Source: Patescibacteria group bacterium (GTDB lineage Bacteria; Patescibacteriota; Patescibacteriia; 2-12-FULL-57-11). From it: a DNA stretch of 64,000 nt. Below, piece after piece: positions 1 through 10,093 of the stretch. Each line of letters opens with the position of its first letter. Position 1 is the first letter of the stretch. The notes under the pieces were generated by a model that was given only the letters and a program-made list of their open reading frames with translations, ran no database searches and had not been told where the DNA came from. Position numbers and translations under genes: made by a program. Location of the stretch: contig SCUL01000002.1 of assembly GCA_004297205.1 (NCBI GenBank), positions 658,893 through 722,892 of the forward strand. The letters are read 5' to 3'.

Positions 1-1245
1 TTCGATGCCGGAGCGGGCGCGGACAGCGTGGACATCGCCTTGCCGCGCACCGAATCGCCGATGAAGACCGGCGGCTACCGGGACGTCATCGTGAAGAGCC
101 GCGCGGACCTGCCGATCGCGGAGGACCTCGGCCGGCGCGACTTCACCATCAACGCCATGGCCTGGTCGCTCAAGGATGGACGGCTGGTCGATCCCTGGAA
201 GGGGATGGCCGATCTTTCGGCGCGCCGTGTGCGCGCCGTCCGCAACCCGGAGGAACGCTTCCGCGAGGATTACACGCGCATGCTGCGGGCCTTGCGTTTC
301 GCCGTGGAGCTCGATGCGACGATCGTCCCGGCGACCTGGAACGCCATCAAGAAGAACGCCAAGCAGCTCGTGGCCGAACGCGGCGGCAGGCCGGTCGTGG
401 CGCGCGAGCTCGTGGCCAAGGAATTCCTGAAGTCGTTGGCCGCGCATCCGGCCGCGGCCATCCGGCTGTGGGACAAGGCAGGCGCGCTCGACGTGCTGAT
501 GCCCGAAGCGATCGCCATGAAGGGTTGCGCCCAGCCCAGGAATTTCCATACCGAGGGCGACGTCTGGCGGCACGCCCTCCTCGCGGTTGAAATGCTCGAA
601 ACGCCGAAGTTCCGGCGCGAACACGCCTCCGGCTGGAACGCCGAAGTCGCGCTCGCCACGTTCCTGCATGACGTCGCAAAGCCCCGCTGCCAGAAGACGC
701 CGGCCAAGGACAAGGTCGAGCGCATCTGCTTTCCGGGGCATGACGCGGTCGGCGCAGAGATGGCCGCGGCGATCATCGACCGGCTGGCGCTCGCGAGCTT
801 CAAGGCGCAGGACATCGACGTCGACCGGGAGCGCGTCGCGTTCGCCGTCCGCCACCATCTGCTGGCGGTGCACGGCAAACCCAAAGAGATGCTGGCCACG
901 ACCATCGAGAAGCACTTTTTCGCGCAGCCGGCCGCGGCGGAGCTGCTGCTCAAGGTGATGTTCGCCGACGGCTCGGCGACGATCGCCGCGAACGGGCGGC
1001 CGATGCTCGCCGCTTACCGCGCCCTCAAGAAACGCATCGCCGAGGTGGCAGCGGTGCGCGGCAAGCCCGGCAAGCGTCCGGCGCCGCTCCTGCGCGGGGA
1101 GGAGATCATGCGGTTGCTGAAGCTCGCGCCCGGTCCCAAGGTCGGAGAAATCGTGGCGGCGCTGCGCGAGGCCCAGCTGACGGGCACGGCGACGACGCCT
1201 GCTGCGGCGCGCGCTTGGCTGATCAAGACCTATGGCAACGGATGA
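1..1245 (+). CDS. cca: CCA-adding tRNA nucleotidyltransferase / poly(A) polymerase family protein with HD domain, 5' truncated at window edge
   Basis: ORF 28..1245 is open to the window start. It carries the RDFTINAMA nucleotidyltransferase motif and a downstream HD-like region (HDVAKP...FPGHD). The N-terminal catalytic head is missing. Confidence 0.8.
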   Translation, partial: FDAGAGADSVDIALPRTESPMKTGGYRDVIVKSRADLPIAEDLGRRDFTINAMAWSLKDGRLVDPWKGMADLSARRVRAVRNPEERFREDYTRMLRALRFAVELDATIVPATWNAIKKNAKQLVAERGGRPVVARELVAKEFLKSLAAHPAAAIRLWDKAGALDVLMPEAIAMKGCAQPRNFHTEGDVWRHALLAVEMLETPKFRREHASGWNAEVALATFLHDVAKPRCQKTPAKDKVERICFPGHDAVGAEMAAAIIDRLALASFKAQDIDVDRERVAFAVRHHLLAVHGKPKEMLATTIEKHFFAQPAAAELLLKVMFADGSATIAANGRPMLAAYRALKKRIAEVAAVRGKPGKRPAPLLRGEEIMRLLKLAPGPKVGEIVAALREAQLTGTATTPAAARAWLIKTYGNG

Positions 1246-2167
1246 CCTGCGCGTCGAAGGCTGGGGCGGCGGCCAGCGGCTCGACGTCTACCTCTTCAAG
1301 GCCGGCCTCGCGCCGAGCCGCAGCAAGGCGCGCGCCGCCGTGGATGCCGGCGAGGTGCTGCTCGACGGCAAACGGGTCACGGCGCACGTGCTCGTGCGCG
1401 ACGGCCAGGCCCTGACCTTCGTCGCGCCCGAGGCGACGTCGAAAGTTTCCCGGGACATTCCGGCCGTCCGCGTCGTCCACGAGAGCGACGATTACTTCGT
1501 CGTGGAGAAGCCGGCCGGCGTCGTCGTCCACGGAGGGCCCGGCGTGACGGGTCCGCTTTTGACCGACGCGCTTCTCGTGCTCGACAAGAAGATCGCCAAG
1601 GTCGGCGAGAGGGATCGGCCCGGCATCGTGCACCGGCTGGACCGCGACGTCTCCGGGCTCATGGTCGTCGCCCGCACGGCGACCGCGTACAAACACTTCA
1701 CCGAGTTGTTCAGCCAACAGCAAGTGCGCAAGGTCTACACCGCGCTCGCGCACGGCGTCGTGGGGGATGAGGTCGGGGAAATCCGGCTGAAGATCGCCCG
1801 CTCCACGCGCCACGCCCGCATGGCGGCACGCCCCGAGAGCCAGGAAGGAAAGACGGCGGTCACGCACTACGAGGTGCTCGAGCGTTTCCCGAATGCCACG
1901 CTGCTGTCCGTCCGGATTCTCACCGGCCGCACGCACCAGATCCGCGCGCACCTCTACGGCATCGGGCACCCCGTCGTCGGAGATCCGCTGTACGCCTTGC
2001 GCCGCAAGACGCCGCTCACGCTCGGTCGGCCGTTTCTCCATGCCGCACAGTTGAGCTTCATTGATCCTTCCGGCGTGGATCGGACGTTCGAGAGTCCGCT
2101 GCCGCCGGAGCTCGCTGGCGTCCTGGCGGCGTTGCGGGCAAAATACCGGAAAACATCCCGCACATGA
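1232..2167 (+). CDS. RluA-family 23S rRNA pseudouridine synthase (RluD-like)
   Basis: N-terminal S4-like region, catalytic HRLDRDVSGLMVVA motif and C-terminal HQIRAHL motif. The start overlaps the cca stop by 14 nt. Confidence 0.85.
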   Translation: MATDDLRVEGWGGGQRLDVYLFKAGLAPSRSKARAAVDAGEVLLDGKRVTAHVLVRDGQALTFVAPEATSKVSRDIPAVRVVHESDDYFVVEKPAGVVVHGGPGVTGPLLTDALLVLDKKIAKVGERDRPGIVHRLDRDVSGLMVVARTATAYKHFTELFSQQQVRKVYTALAHGVVGDEVGEIRLKIARSTRHARMAARPESQEGKTAVTHYEVLERFPNATLLSVRILTGRTHQIRAHLYGIGHPVVGDPLYALRRKTPLTLGRPFLHAAQLSFIDPSGVDRTFESPLPPELAGVLAALRAKYRKTSRT

Positions 2168-2706
2168 TCATCACCCTCTCCGGCCTGCCCGGCTCCGGAA
2201 AAAGCACCGTCGCGAAGATGCTGGCCCAGAAACTCGGCTATCGGTTTTTCTCGATGGGCGATTTGCGTGGCAAGGCAGCGCTGGAGCGGGGACTCACGAT
2301 CGACGAGTTCAACGCCCTGCCGGAGAACACCGACATCATCGTCGACGACTACCAGAAGAAGCTCGGCGAGACCGAAGATGATCTCGTCATCGACGGTCGG
2401 ATTTCCTGGCACTTCATTCCAAAGAGTTTCAAAGTCTTTCTCGACGTGGACCCGGACGTCGGCGCAGATCGCATCTTCGCCGGCAAGCGCGGCGCAAACC
2501 GCGGCGATGAGCCGGAGTACCGGGACGCGGCCCATGTCCGGGAAACCCTGGCGGCGCGGGTCGCGAGCGACACGGAACGCTACAAGAAACACTACGGCAT
2601 CGACTTCGGCGACCGCTCGGTCTACGACCTGGTGATCGACACCAGCAGCCAGATACCGGAAGAGACGGCGGACGCCATTTTGGCGGCGCTGCCTGCACAG
2701 GGTTGA
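2164..2706 (+). CDS. small P-loop NMP kinase-like protein (cytidylate kinase family)
   Basis: Walker A motif GLPGSGKST within the first 15 residues. 180 aa. The start overlaps the previous stop (ATGA). Confidence 0.6.
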   Translation: MIITLSGLPGSGKSTVAKMLAQKLGYRFFSMGDLRGKAALERGLTIDEFNALPENTDIIVDDYQKKLGETEDDLVIDGRISWHFIPKSFKVFLDVDPDVGADRIFAGKRGANRGDEPEYRDAAHVRETLAARVASDTERYKKHYGIDFGDRSVYDLVIDTSSQIPEETADAILAALPAQG

Positions 2707-2731
2707 CGGCCGCAAGCCCACCCCGTATAGT
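2703..2731 (+). promoter_or_regulatory. sigma70-like promoter for rplS (TTGACG-17 nt-TATAGT)
   Basis: -35 TTGACG overlaps the upstream stop. A 17-nt spacer precedes -10 TATAGT, about 22 nt upstream of the rplS ATG. Confidence 0.55.
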
Positions 2732-2753
2732 GCCGCCGACCTGACACATTCCT

Positions 2754-3086
2754 ATGGCAGACGTGACCAAAACCATTCCTGACCTGAAAGCCGGCATGAC
2801 GGTCGCGGTGCACACCCGCATCGTGGAGCCGAACGCCAAAGGCGAGGAAAAGGAGCGCATCCAGATTTTCGAAGGCATGATTCTCGGCATCCGCGGTGCC
2901 GGCATGTCCAAGAGCTTTACGGTCCGCAAGATGTCGCACGGCATCGGCGTGGAGCGCATCTTCCCCCTGCATTCGCCGATGATCGCCAAGATCATCCCGC
3001 TCAAACAGGCCAAGGTCCGTCGCGCCAAGCTGCGCTACCTGCGCGGCAGCAAGAAGCGTCTCAAGGAAACGGCCATCGCCTCCTAA
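2754..3086 (+). CDS. rplS: 50S ribosomal protein L19
   Basis: 110 aa, matches the L19 family pattern (MADVTKTI..., KRAKLRYLRG). Confidence 0.9.
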   Translation: MADVTKTIPDLKAGMTVAVHTRIVEPNAKGEEKERIQIFEGMILGIRGAGMSKSFTVRKMSHGIGVERIFPLHSPMIAKIIPLKQAKVRRAKLRYLRGSKKRLKETAIAS

Positions 3087-3092
3087 GGCAAC

Positions 3093-3122
3093 AAAACCCC
3101 CGGCATGTGCCGGGGGTTTTCG
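3093..3122. terminator. bidirectional rho-independent terminator (AAAACCCCCGGCATGTGCCGGGGGTTTT)
   Basis: Perfect GC-rich hairpin flanked by an A-run and a T-run. It sits between the convergent rplS (+) and the minus-strand gene ending at 3149. Confidence 0.85.
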
Positions 3123-3148
3123 ATACCGCGCGTGCCGAAGTGCTGCGC

Positions 3149-4501
3149 TCAGGCGCGGCCTTGATCGCGGTCAATGGTGGGAGCGGCGTCCCGCTCGACG
3201 GTCGGTGAGTAGTCGCTCGAAGAGGAGATCGGCGCGCCGAAGACGTAGTTGCCGAAGAGGACGTCGGAGAGGTCGTCGACGAGCGTCGCCCACTGCGCGC
3301 CGTAGATCTCGGCCGCAATCTGTTCGTTCGGGAGCGCGCGGAGCTCGCCGCCCAAGGAAATCGCGTAGACGGTCGGGACGGACATGAATTTCACGAGGCG
3401 CACGCCCGGTCGGTAGCGTACGTTCGCGCCCAGGGGGATCGCCGCCATCTGGCTGATGGTGACCGTCTGGACCGAGGAGAAATCGGCGTACCAGGTGTAG
3501 TAGATGCTCGGCGTCGGGAAGGGATGCCGTTTGCCGTCCGATCCCACATAGTAGACGGCCGAGTCGGCTTGGGTCTCCGGGTTGTGATCGTCGGGAATCT
3601 TGATGAGCGAGCCGGCCGGCAGCGCGCCGCTCGATTCCGGCGTTGTGAACGTGGCATCGGTGGTGACGGTTTCGTTGCCGGCCTGGTCGCGCGCCCGGAT
3701 GCGGTAGTGGTAGAGCGAGTTCGAAGCGAGCGGGAAGAGGAGCACGCGATGGGTGCGCGCCGTCGAGGTCGTCGAGATGCTGCGGCCGTAGCTGGTGTCG
3801 AGGCCGAAGTCCACCGTCACGGTGGCGTCTTCGTCCGTGGAGAAAACAACCTCGGCACTCGTCAGATTCACGTTTTCGACGCGGCGCTCCGAGACCACCG
3901 GTCCGGCGGTGTCGGTGGGAGGCGTGAAGGTCACCACGAGTTCGGCAGGCTGCGCCGATTCGCGTGCGCCGTAGCCCCAGGTGAAGGCCGCGCCCGTTTC
4001 GCGCGAGGCGATCATCATGCCGGTCGAGGTTGCCGGGGCGTTCACCATCTCTTGCAGGAGCGCGGTGATGTCGAGGGTCTGGGTGAGTTCATTGTGCGTG
4101 ACCAGGATCTCGGGGAGCGTCGTGCCGACGGTCGGCATGGTGTTCCAGGTGACCGCGGTTTCTTCCCAGGCGGACGTCGTGCCGGAGACGAACAACGGCA
4201 GGGTGGTCCCACCCGACGTCGTGCGCAGGTGCAGGGACAGGTTGGCGTCCGAAACGACGGAGCCGACCGGAATCTGCGACAGGTCGTACCGGAGAAGCAG
4301 ACGGCTGCGCGTGGGCGGGGTGCCGAGGACGAGGAAGAGGTTGTCCTGGGTGCCCCAGTTTCCCGCAGGGGTGCCGGCATTCACGTAGGTGTCGGCGACG
4401 GGCAGAAGCGTCAGGGTGACGCTCTGGGCGGCCGCGGCCGGTGCGGGCGATGCGGCGGCCAAAAGAATGAGCGGAAGCAGGGAGCTGAGGAGTCTGCGCA
4501 T
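3149..4501 (-). CDS. secreted protein with DNRLRE-like beta-sandwich and fibronectin-III-like domains
   Basis: Internal Met of ORF 3149..5470. The upstream part of that long ORF is an artefact overlapping uvrA. Signal peptide MRRLLSSLLPLILLAAASPAPAAAA; LRYDLSQIPVGSVVSDANLSLHL segment; Fn3-like TSAEVVFSTDEDATVTVDFG...YHYRIRARDQAGNE. Confidence 0.6.
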   Translation of the reverse strand: MRRLLSSLLPLILLAAASPAPAAAAQSVTLTLLPVADTYVNAGTPAGNWGTQDNLFLVLGTPPTRSRLLLRYDLSQIPVGSVVSDANLSLHLRTTSGGTTLPLFVSGTTSAWEETAVTWNTMPTVGTTLPEILVTHNELTQTLDITALLQEMVNAPATSTGMMIASRETGAAFTWGYGARESAQPAELVVTFTPPTDTAGPVVSERRVENVNLTSAEVVFSTDEDATVTVDFGLDTSYGRSISTTSTARTHRVLLFPLASNSLYHYRIRARDQAGNETVTTDATFTTPESSGALPAGSLIKIPDDHNPETQADSAVYYVGSDGKRHPFPTPSIYYTWYADFSSVQTVTISQMAAIPLGANVRYRPGVRLVKFMSVPTVYAISLGGELRALPNEQIAAEIYGAQWATLVDDLSDVLFGNYVFGAPISSSSDYSPTVERDAAPTIDRDQGRA

Positions 4502-4510
4502 AACGGAATC

Positions 4511-4544
4511 AAAATATGCTATCCCTGATAGGATAGCATATTTT
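4511..4544. promoter_or_regulatory. perfect 14-bp inverted repeat AAAATATGCTATCC-(6 nt)-GGATAGCATATTTT between uvrA stop and the downstream gene start
   Basis: AT-rich perfect palindrome in a GC-rich genome, 10 nt upstream of the 4501 start codon and 11 nt after the uvrA stop. It could be an operator or a terminator. Confidence 0.4.
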
Positions 4545-4554
4545 CTCGGGATGT

Positions 4555-7446
4555 TTAGAGGACGCGCTTGAGGAGTTGGCCGGTGACCGAGGCCTTGTTT
4601 TTGGCGATCTCCGCCGGCGTCCCGACGGCCACCACTTCGCCGCCGCGCGCCCCGCCCTCCGGACCCATGTCCACGACCCAGTCCGCCGCGCGGATGACTT
4701 CCAGGTTGTGCTCGATGATGAGCACGGTATTGCCTTTGTTGACGAGCTCGTGGAGCACGCCGAGCAACCGCCCGATGTCCTCGAAGTGGAGCCCGGTCGT
4801 CGGTTCGTCCAGGATGTAGAGGGTGCGGCCCGTGGCCCGCCGGCTGAGTTCGGTTGCCAGCTTCACGCGCTGCGCTTCGCCGCCGGAGAGCGTCGTCGCC
4901 GGCTGGCCGAGTCGGATGTAGCCCAGCCCCACTTCGTAGAGCAGTCCCAGCTTGTCGGCGATGGCCGGCTGGTCCGCGAAGAAGTTCCGCGCTTCGGCCA
5001 CGGTCAGCTCCAGGACGTCGGCGATGTTCTTGCCCTTGTAATGCACTTCGAGCGCTTCGGCGTTGTAGCGTTTGCCGTGGCACTCCTTGCACTCCATGTA
5101 GACGTCCGGCAGGAACTGCATGTCGATCTCCACGTAACCTTCCCCGGCGCAGGCCTCGCAGCGGCCGCCACCCTTCACGTTGAAGCTGAATTTTCCAGCG
5201 TCGAATTTGCGGAGCTTCGCTTCCTGCGTTTCCGTGAACAGGTCGCGGATGGCGGTGAAGACGCCGGTGTAGGTGGCCGGGTTCGAGCGCGGCGTGCGTC
5301 CGATCGGCGTCTGGTCGATGGCGATGACCTTGTCGAGGTGCTCGATGCCTTTGATCGACTTGTGCGCGCCGGGAAGCACTTTGGCGCCGGCGTATTCGGC
5401 CGAGAGCGCCTTGGCCAGGATGTCGATGACGAGCGTCGACTTGCCGGAGCCGGAGACGCCGGTCACGCACACCAAGGTGCCGAGCGGAATGCCCACGTCG
5501 ATGTTCTTGAGGTTGAATTCGGTCGCGCCTTTGACGGTCAGCGTCTTGCCCGTGCCTTTGCGGTATTTGGCGGGCGACGGGATGCGCTTTTTGCCGGAGA
5601 GGTAGGCGCCGGTCAGCGATTCCGGGTCCTTGGTGATGGCGGCGGGCGTCCCCTCGGCGATGATTTCGCCGCCGTATTCGCCGGCGCCGGGGCCGACGTC
5701 GATCACCCAGTCCGCGGCCCTGATGATGGCCTCGTCATGTTCGACGACGATCACGGTGTTGCCGCTGTCGCGCAGCTCCTCCATGGTGGCGATGAGTTTT
5801 TCGTTGTCGCGGCCGTGCAGCCCGATCGACGGTTCGTCCAGGATGTAGATGACGCCGGAGAGCTGGGTGCCGAGCTGGGTGGCCAGGCGCACGCGCTGCG
5901 CTTCGCCGCCGGAGAGCGTGTTGGCCGAACGGTCGAGGGTCAGGTAGCCGACGCCGACGTCGATCAGGTGCCCGAGGCGGACGCGGATTTCTTTGAGCAT
6001 CTGCCGGGCGATCCTCATCTGCTCCTCGGTCAAAAGCGAGCCGACCGTTTGGACGTGGCCGTTGCCGTTCTTCTTGCCGCTCGCTTTGCCGTTGCCGTTT
6101 TTTTCCGCGAACAAGGCCACGGCGTCGGACACGGGCAGGGCCACGAGGTCGGCGATCCCGAACGGGCCGATCTTGACGGCCAGCGCTTCCGGACGCAGCC
6201 GCTTGCCGCGGCAGCTCGGGCATTCCAGCACGCGCATGTAGGTCTCGATTTCCTTGCGCAGGTAATCGGAGTCCGTCTCTTTGAACTTCTGTTCAAGGCC
6301 GGGAATGACGCCCTCATAGGTCAGCGTCTTCGCGCCGACCGTGTAGGTCTCGTCACCCGTGCCGTAGAGGATGGTGTTCAGGACCGCCTCGGACAGATCG
6401 GCGACCGGCGTGTCGATGGAAAAGCCGTGGGTCGCCCCGACCGCGCGCACCAGGTCGAGCTGGGCATTCTGGTTGCCGGCAATGCGCGTCCAGGGCTTGA
6501 TGGCGCCCTGGGCGATGGTCAGCCGCGGGTTGGGGATGACGAGCGACGGTTCGACTTTGAGCGTCGAGCCCAGGCCCGTGCATTCCGGGCAGGCGCCGTG
6601 CGGGCTGTTGAAGGAGAACAGGCGCGGTTCGAGCGGCGGCAGGGAAATGCCGCAGCTCCGACAAGCGAACTCTTCGCTCAGGAGCTGATCCTCGCCGCCG
6701 GCCTTGGCCAGGATCAGGAAGCTGTTGCCGAGCTCGAGTCCCTTGACGACCTGTTTTTTGAGCTCCTCGGGCTTGGCCGAGGCGCCGCGCGGCAGACGCG
6801 CCACGAGCACGCTGATGGAGTGCTTCTTTTGCTTGTCGAGCCGGCGGTCCTGCGCCTCTTCGATGGAGATGAAGTCGCCGTCGAGCCGGACGTCCTTGTA
6901 GCCGCCTTTCTCCAGTTCCGCGAGTTCGTGCCGGTGCTCGCCGCGCGCGTCGCGAATGATCGGCGCGAACACGAAGGCCTCCGCACCCTGGGCGGCGGAG
7001 TGGACGATGTCGACGATCTCATCCACCGTCTGGCGGTGCACCGCAGCATTACAGCGCGGGCAGTGCGGCGTGCCGGCACGCGCGAACAGCAGCCGGAGAT
7101 AGTCGTACATTTCGGTGATGGTCCCGACCGTGGAGCGCGGGTTCTGGGAGACGGTGCGCTGGTCGATGGCGATGGTCGGGGAGAGGCCGGTGATCTCGTC
7201 CACGTCCGGACGGCTCTGCAGTTCCAGGAACTGCCGGGCGTAGGAGGACAGCGATTCCATGTAGCGGCGCTGCCCCTCGGCGAAGATGGTGTCGAAGGCC
7301 AGCGACGACTTGCCGGAACCGGACAGTCCCGTGACAACAACAAGCGCGTTCTTCGGGATGTCGACCGAGACGTTTTTCAGGTTGTGCACGCGCGCGCCGC
7401 GGACGGCGATCACCTGCTTCGGGGCCGGAGAGTGCGGGCTCGGCAT
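4555..7446 (-). CDS. uvrA: excinuclease ABC subunit A
   Basis: Two ABC ATPase modules ([18 protein letters not shown]), zinc-finger Cys clusters and LSGGE signatures. Start taken at [25 protein letters not shown], an internal Met of ORF 4555..7548. Confidence 0.95.
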   Translation of the reverse strand: MPSPHSPAPKQVIAVRGARVHNLKNVSVDIPKNALVVVTGLSGSGKSSLAFDTIFAEGQRRYMESLSSYARQFLELQSRPDVDEITGLSPTIAIDQRTVSQNPRSTVGTITEMYDYLRLLFARAGTPHCPRCNAAVHRQTVDEIVDIVHSAAQGAEAFVFAPIIRDARGEHRHELAELEKGGYKDVRLDGDFISIEEAQDRRLDKQKKHSISVLVARLPRGASAKPEELKKQVVKGLELGNSFLILAKAGGEDQLLSEEFACRSCGISLPPLEPRLFSFNSPHGACPECTGLGSTLKVEPSLVIPNPRLTIAQGAIKPWTRIAGNQNAQLDLVRAVGATHGFSIDTPVADLSEAVLNTILYGTGDETYTVGAKTLTYEGVIPGLEQKFKETDSDYLRKEIETYMRVLECPSCRGKRLRPEALAVKIGPFGIADLVALPVSDAVALFAEKNGNGKASGKKNGNGHVQTVGSLLTEEQMRIARQMLKEIRVRLGHLIDVGVGYLTLDRSANTLSGGEAQRVRLATQLGTQLSGVIYILDEPSIGLHGRDNEKLIATMEELRDSGNTVIVVEHDEAIIRAADWVIDVGPGAGEYGGEIIAEGTPAAITKDPESLTGAYLSGKKRIPSPAKYRKGTGKTLTVKGATEFNLKNIDVGIPLGTLVCVTGVSGSGKSTLVIDILAKALSAEYAGAKVLPGAHKSIKGIEHLDKVIAIDQTPIGRTPRSNPATYTGVFTAIRDLFTETQEAKLRKFDAGKFSFNVKGGGRCEACAGEGYVEIDMQFLPDVYMECKECHGKRYNAEALEVHYKGKNIADVLELTVAEARNFFADQPAIADKLGLLYEVGLGYIRLGQPATTLSGGEAQRVKLATELSRRATGRTLYILDEPTTGLHFEDIGRLLGVLHELVNKGNTVLIIEHNLEVIRAADWVVDMGPEGGARGGEVVAVGTPAEIAKNKASVTGQLLKRVL

Positions 7447-7464
7447 GAGCGGGGGCGGGCAAAA

Positions 7465-7500
7465 ATCAATCGCACGGCAGCATACATGCGCCGTGCGATG
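7465..7500 (-). terminator. hairpin terminator after the 7527..9038 gene
   Basis: 9-bp stem TCGCACGGC/GCCGTGCGA followed on the minus strand by a T-run (TTTTTG). Confidence 0.5.
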
Positions 7501-7526
7501 TTGGCAAGTGTGGCGGGGTGAAGCGG

Positions 7527-9038
7527 CTATCGGGCGCCTTCCATGCAATCCCAGAGGTCGCCGGAGATGGAGGCGATGACGGTTGCAACCAGGCTTCCCG
7601 GACTGCCGACCGGTCCGAGCGTCGACAAGGAACTACCCAGGGTTGTTGGTACGGCGTGACAGCCTGAGGGAATATCGCAGGGATTGTCACGACAGCCGTT
7701 CGGGAAGTTGGGAGCCGCTCGTAATGGATTGATCAGTACCGAGCCGCCACCGTACTGGTCTATTATCATTTCCTCCATGCGCAGCGTCGTGCTGCCGTGC
7801 CGCATCATGAGTTGCGCGTCATAATCGCCGCAGCTGCGGACGGCACTGCAATCGATCGTGGCAAGTGCGCAGACATCGAGTATTGCGTCGAATCTGCTGT
7901 CCTGGGCGTAGACGCAGTCCTTGTGCGTGCTCCCGGTGCTGATCGGTCGGAATCGTCGGCATGCGGCGTCATTTTCGGAGAGGCCCCAGTCGCTCAGATT
8001 TTCTTGTGTGATCGTCGGACAGGCCACGCAACCGTAGCCGCTTCTGCCGCGCAGCACGCAGGCTTCGTTTTCGCCGCTGCACACCCCCCACGTGCAGGTG
8101 TTGGTTGCCAGCCGGGTTCCATCCTGTCGCGCCACAGTTCCGTCTTCTCCGCAGCGCCCGGAGGTGGGCGTGACGGTGAACGTCGCACGGTCGAAGTCTT
8201 CGCATTTGTTCGCGGTGAGCGTCTCCACGGTTTGGATTTCCGGCACGATGATGTTGCGCAGCGTCACCAGATCCGGGTTGATCGTCTGGAGGAGCGTGAA
8301 TGAACCGAGCAGGAGCAGCAGGCCGAGAATGGCGTTGGTGATCCGGCCGCGCGCTGCGCCGACGGCCGAGGGGTTGCCGCGGGCCGTCATGTACTGGAAG
8401 CCGCCGACCACGACCATGACCATGGCGAGCGTCACCCCGACGCCGAGTCCGTAGCGGTAGAGGGCCGTGACGTAGGAGGGGATGTCCACGGCCGAGGCGT
8501 AGCTGCCGATGGTCACTTCGAGCGGAACGGGTCCGGCCGCGGGCTCCGGTTCCCCGCCGCTCGTTGTGGGACCGCCGGTCGGCGCCTCGCCCGCGACCGT
8601 GACCGTGACGGAGGCGCTTTCCGTGATCTGCCGGTCGTCCAGAAGCACGCGGCCGCGGAAGAGGTAGGTGCCCGGGGAGGACGGCGCCGGGATGTTGAAG
8701 TCCCAGTTGTCATCCGTCGCATCGCGGAATTCGGGGTTCGGGATCAGGTCCCAGGTCGGCGTTCGGCGGACGACGGAGTCGATGCTGTTGTAGGTCTGGC
8801 GCGTCTCGCCGACGAGGATCACGCTCGGGTCCGTCACCCCCTCGCCGTCGCACGGCGCGGTGAAGCGGAACTTGAAAGTGAAGCGCAGGGTGCTCCCCGG
8901 CGCCACGTCCGTTTTTGGGTTGACGTCGAACCGGACGGCCCCGGGCGTTTCGTCGCAGGGCGCGGCCAGGACCGGCGCCGGGAGGACCGCGGCGAGGACG
9001 AAGATGAGCGCGGCGAGGAGCGCGGGAGCGCGGCGCAT
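7527..9038 (-). CDS. secreted Cys-rich protein with a central TrbC/VirB2-like pilin hydrophobic hairpin
   Basis: Signal peptide [26 protein letters not shown] and an N-terminal beta-rich domain. After a Pro/Gly/Thr linker comes a TrbC/VirB2-like double hydrophobic segment ([27 protein letters not shown]...[21 protein letters not shown]). The C-terminal ~260 aa carry ~22 Cys. The start overlaps the stop of the DsbA-like gene. Confidence 0.55.
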   Translation of the reverse strand: MRRAPALLAALIFVLAAVLPAPVLAAPCDETPGAVRFDVNPKTDVAPGSTLRFTFKFRFTAPCDGEGVTDPSVILVGETRQTYNSIDSVVRRTPTWDLIPNPEFRDATDDNWDFNIPAPSSPGTYLFRGRVLLDDRQITESASVTVTVAGEAPTGGPTTSGGEPEPAAGPVPLEVTIGSYASAVDIPSYVTALYRYGLGVGVTLAMVMVVVGGFQYMTARGNPSAVGAARGRITNAILGLLLLLGSFTLLQTINPDLVTLRNIIVPEIQTVETLTANKCEDFDRATFTVTPTSGRCGEDGTVARQDGTRLATNTCTWGVCSGENEACVLRGRSGYGCVACPTITQENLSDWGLSENDAACRRFRPISTGSTHKDCVYAQDSRFDAILDVCALATIDCSAVRSCGDYDAQLMMRHGSTTLRMEEMIIDQYGGGSVLINPLRAAPNFPNGCRDNPCDIPSGCHAVPTTLGSSLSTLGPVGSPGSLVATVIASISGDLWDCMEGAR

Positions 9039-9039
9039 A

Positions 9040-9786
9040 TCAGGAGGCGCTGCCGCCGGAGACGATCTGCCGGATGATGTCGCGCAGGATCGGGTAGGGG
9101 ATGGCGCCTTCGACGCGTGCGCCGTTGATGAAGAATGTCGGCGTTCCGCGCACGCCGGCGTCCTGCGCGTCGGCCACGTCGCGGTCGATTTCGGCGTCGG
9201 TCTCGGCGGAGGACAGGCACTGTTCGAAGCGCAGCAGGTCGAGTCCGATCTGCTGGGCGTAGAAGCTCAGGTCGTTGTCCTTGAGGGCGCCGGCGTTTTG
9301 GTACAGCTTGTCGTGCATGGCCAGGAACTTGCCCTGGAGGTCGGCGCAATTGGCGGCGCGCGCCGCGGCCCGGGCGCGCGGGTGGATGGAGTCGATGGGG
9401 AAGTCGCGGTAGATGAGGCGGACGTCGTTGGGGAATTCCGCCAGGACCTGACGCACGCTCGTAAAGGCCTCGCGCGAGAACGGGCATTCGAAGTCGGCGA
9501 ATTCCACGATCGTGATTTTGGCGTCGGCCGGTCCGACGGCCGGATCGTCGGCCGTGACCACGTCGGCGACGGGCGCGGCCGGGCGTTCGCGGCTGCCCGC
9601 GAGGGTCAGGCGCGTCGGATACTGGGGCAGGTCGATGATTCCGCCGCTCGAGATCAGGCGGTAAAAGAAGAACACGCGCCAGATGAACAGGAACAGGAGG
9701 ACGGCGAGGATCGCCCCCACGGCCGTGCCGATGACGGTCAGGGGATGGTGGCGCCAGGAGCGCGCGTTTGTCTCGGCCTCGGGCAT
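9040..9786 (-). CDS. membrane-anchored DsbA-like thioredoxin-fold protein with CPFS (CxxS) active site
   Basis: Internal Met MPEAETNARSW of ORF 9040..10368. N-terminal TM helix, thioredoxin/DsbA-like fold (ITIVEFADFECPFSREAF ... GTPTFFING). The second active-site Cys is replaced by Ser (codon TCG). Confidence 0.7.
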   Translation of the reverse strand: MPEAETNARSWRHHPLTVIGTAVGAILAVLLFLFIWRVFFFYRLISSGGIIDLPQYPTRLTLAGSRERPAAPVADVVTADDPAVGPADAKITIVEFADFECPFSREAFTSVRQVLAEFPNDVRLIYRDFPIDSIHPRARAAARAANCADLQGKFLAMHDKLYQNAGALKDNDLSFYAQQIGLDLLRFEQCLSSAETDAEIDRDVADAQDAGVRGTPTFFINGARVEGAIPYPILRDIIRQIVSGGSAS

Positions 9787-9852
9787 AGGTGCGCCGCCAG
9801 TATACCATTGACCAGCCGCTGCGGCCCGTGATAGATTCGGATGGATCCCTGA

Positions 9853-10080
9853 TTGTCTATGTTGCAAACGGTGTTTTCCGTGGTTCTGATCGTGCTGTCG
9901 GCGCTGCTCATCGGCGCCATTCTTTTGCAGGCCCGCGGTGCGGGCCTGGGCGCCGCCTTTGGCGGCGAAGGCAACGTCTTCCGCACCAAACGCGGGGTGG
10001 AGCGGGTGCTCTTCCGTGCCACGATCGTGATTTCCATTCTCTTCTTCGGCACGGCCCTGGCAAGCGCGGTGCTCTCTTGA
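9853..10080 (+). CDS. secG: preprotein translocase subunit SecG
   Basis: 75 aa, two TM segments and a Gly-rich loop (LLQARGAGLGAAFGGEGNVF) typical of SecG. Confidence 0.75.
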   Translation: MSMLQTVFSVVLIVLSALLIGAILLQARGAGLGAAFGGEGNVFRTKRGVERVLFRATIVISILFFGTALASAVLS

Positions 10081-10093
10081 GCGCGCACACCTT

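Noticed and set aside
3149-5470. 773-aa minus-strand ORF 3149..5470
   Set aside because: Its 5' two-thirds overlap uvrA in another frame and read as Arg/Gly/Pro-rich junk. Only the part from the internal Met at 4501 is a credible gene.
4576-7521. 981-aa plus-strand ORF antisense to uvrA, and similar long antisense ORFs (10229..11770, 12484..14478, 30051..32276, 36905..38650, 53271..56075, 58350..59400 region)
   Set aside because: These are GC-rich antisense open frames opposite well-supported genes, with Arg/Gly/Asp/His-rich low-complexity translations. Typical high-GC artefacts.
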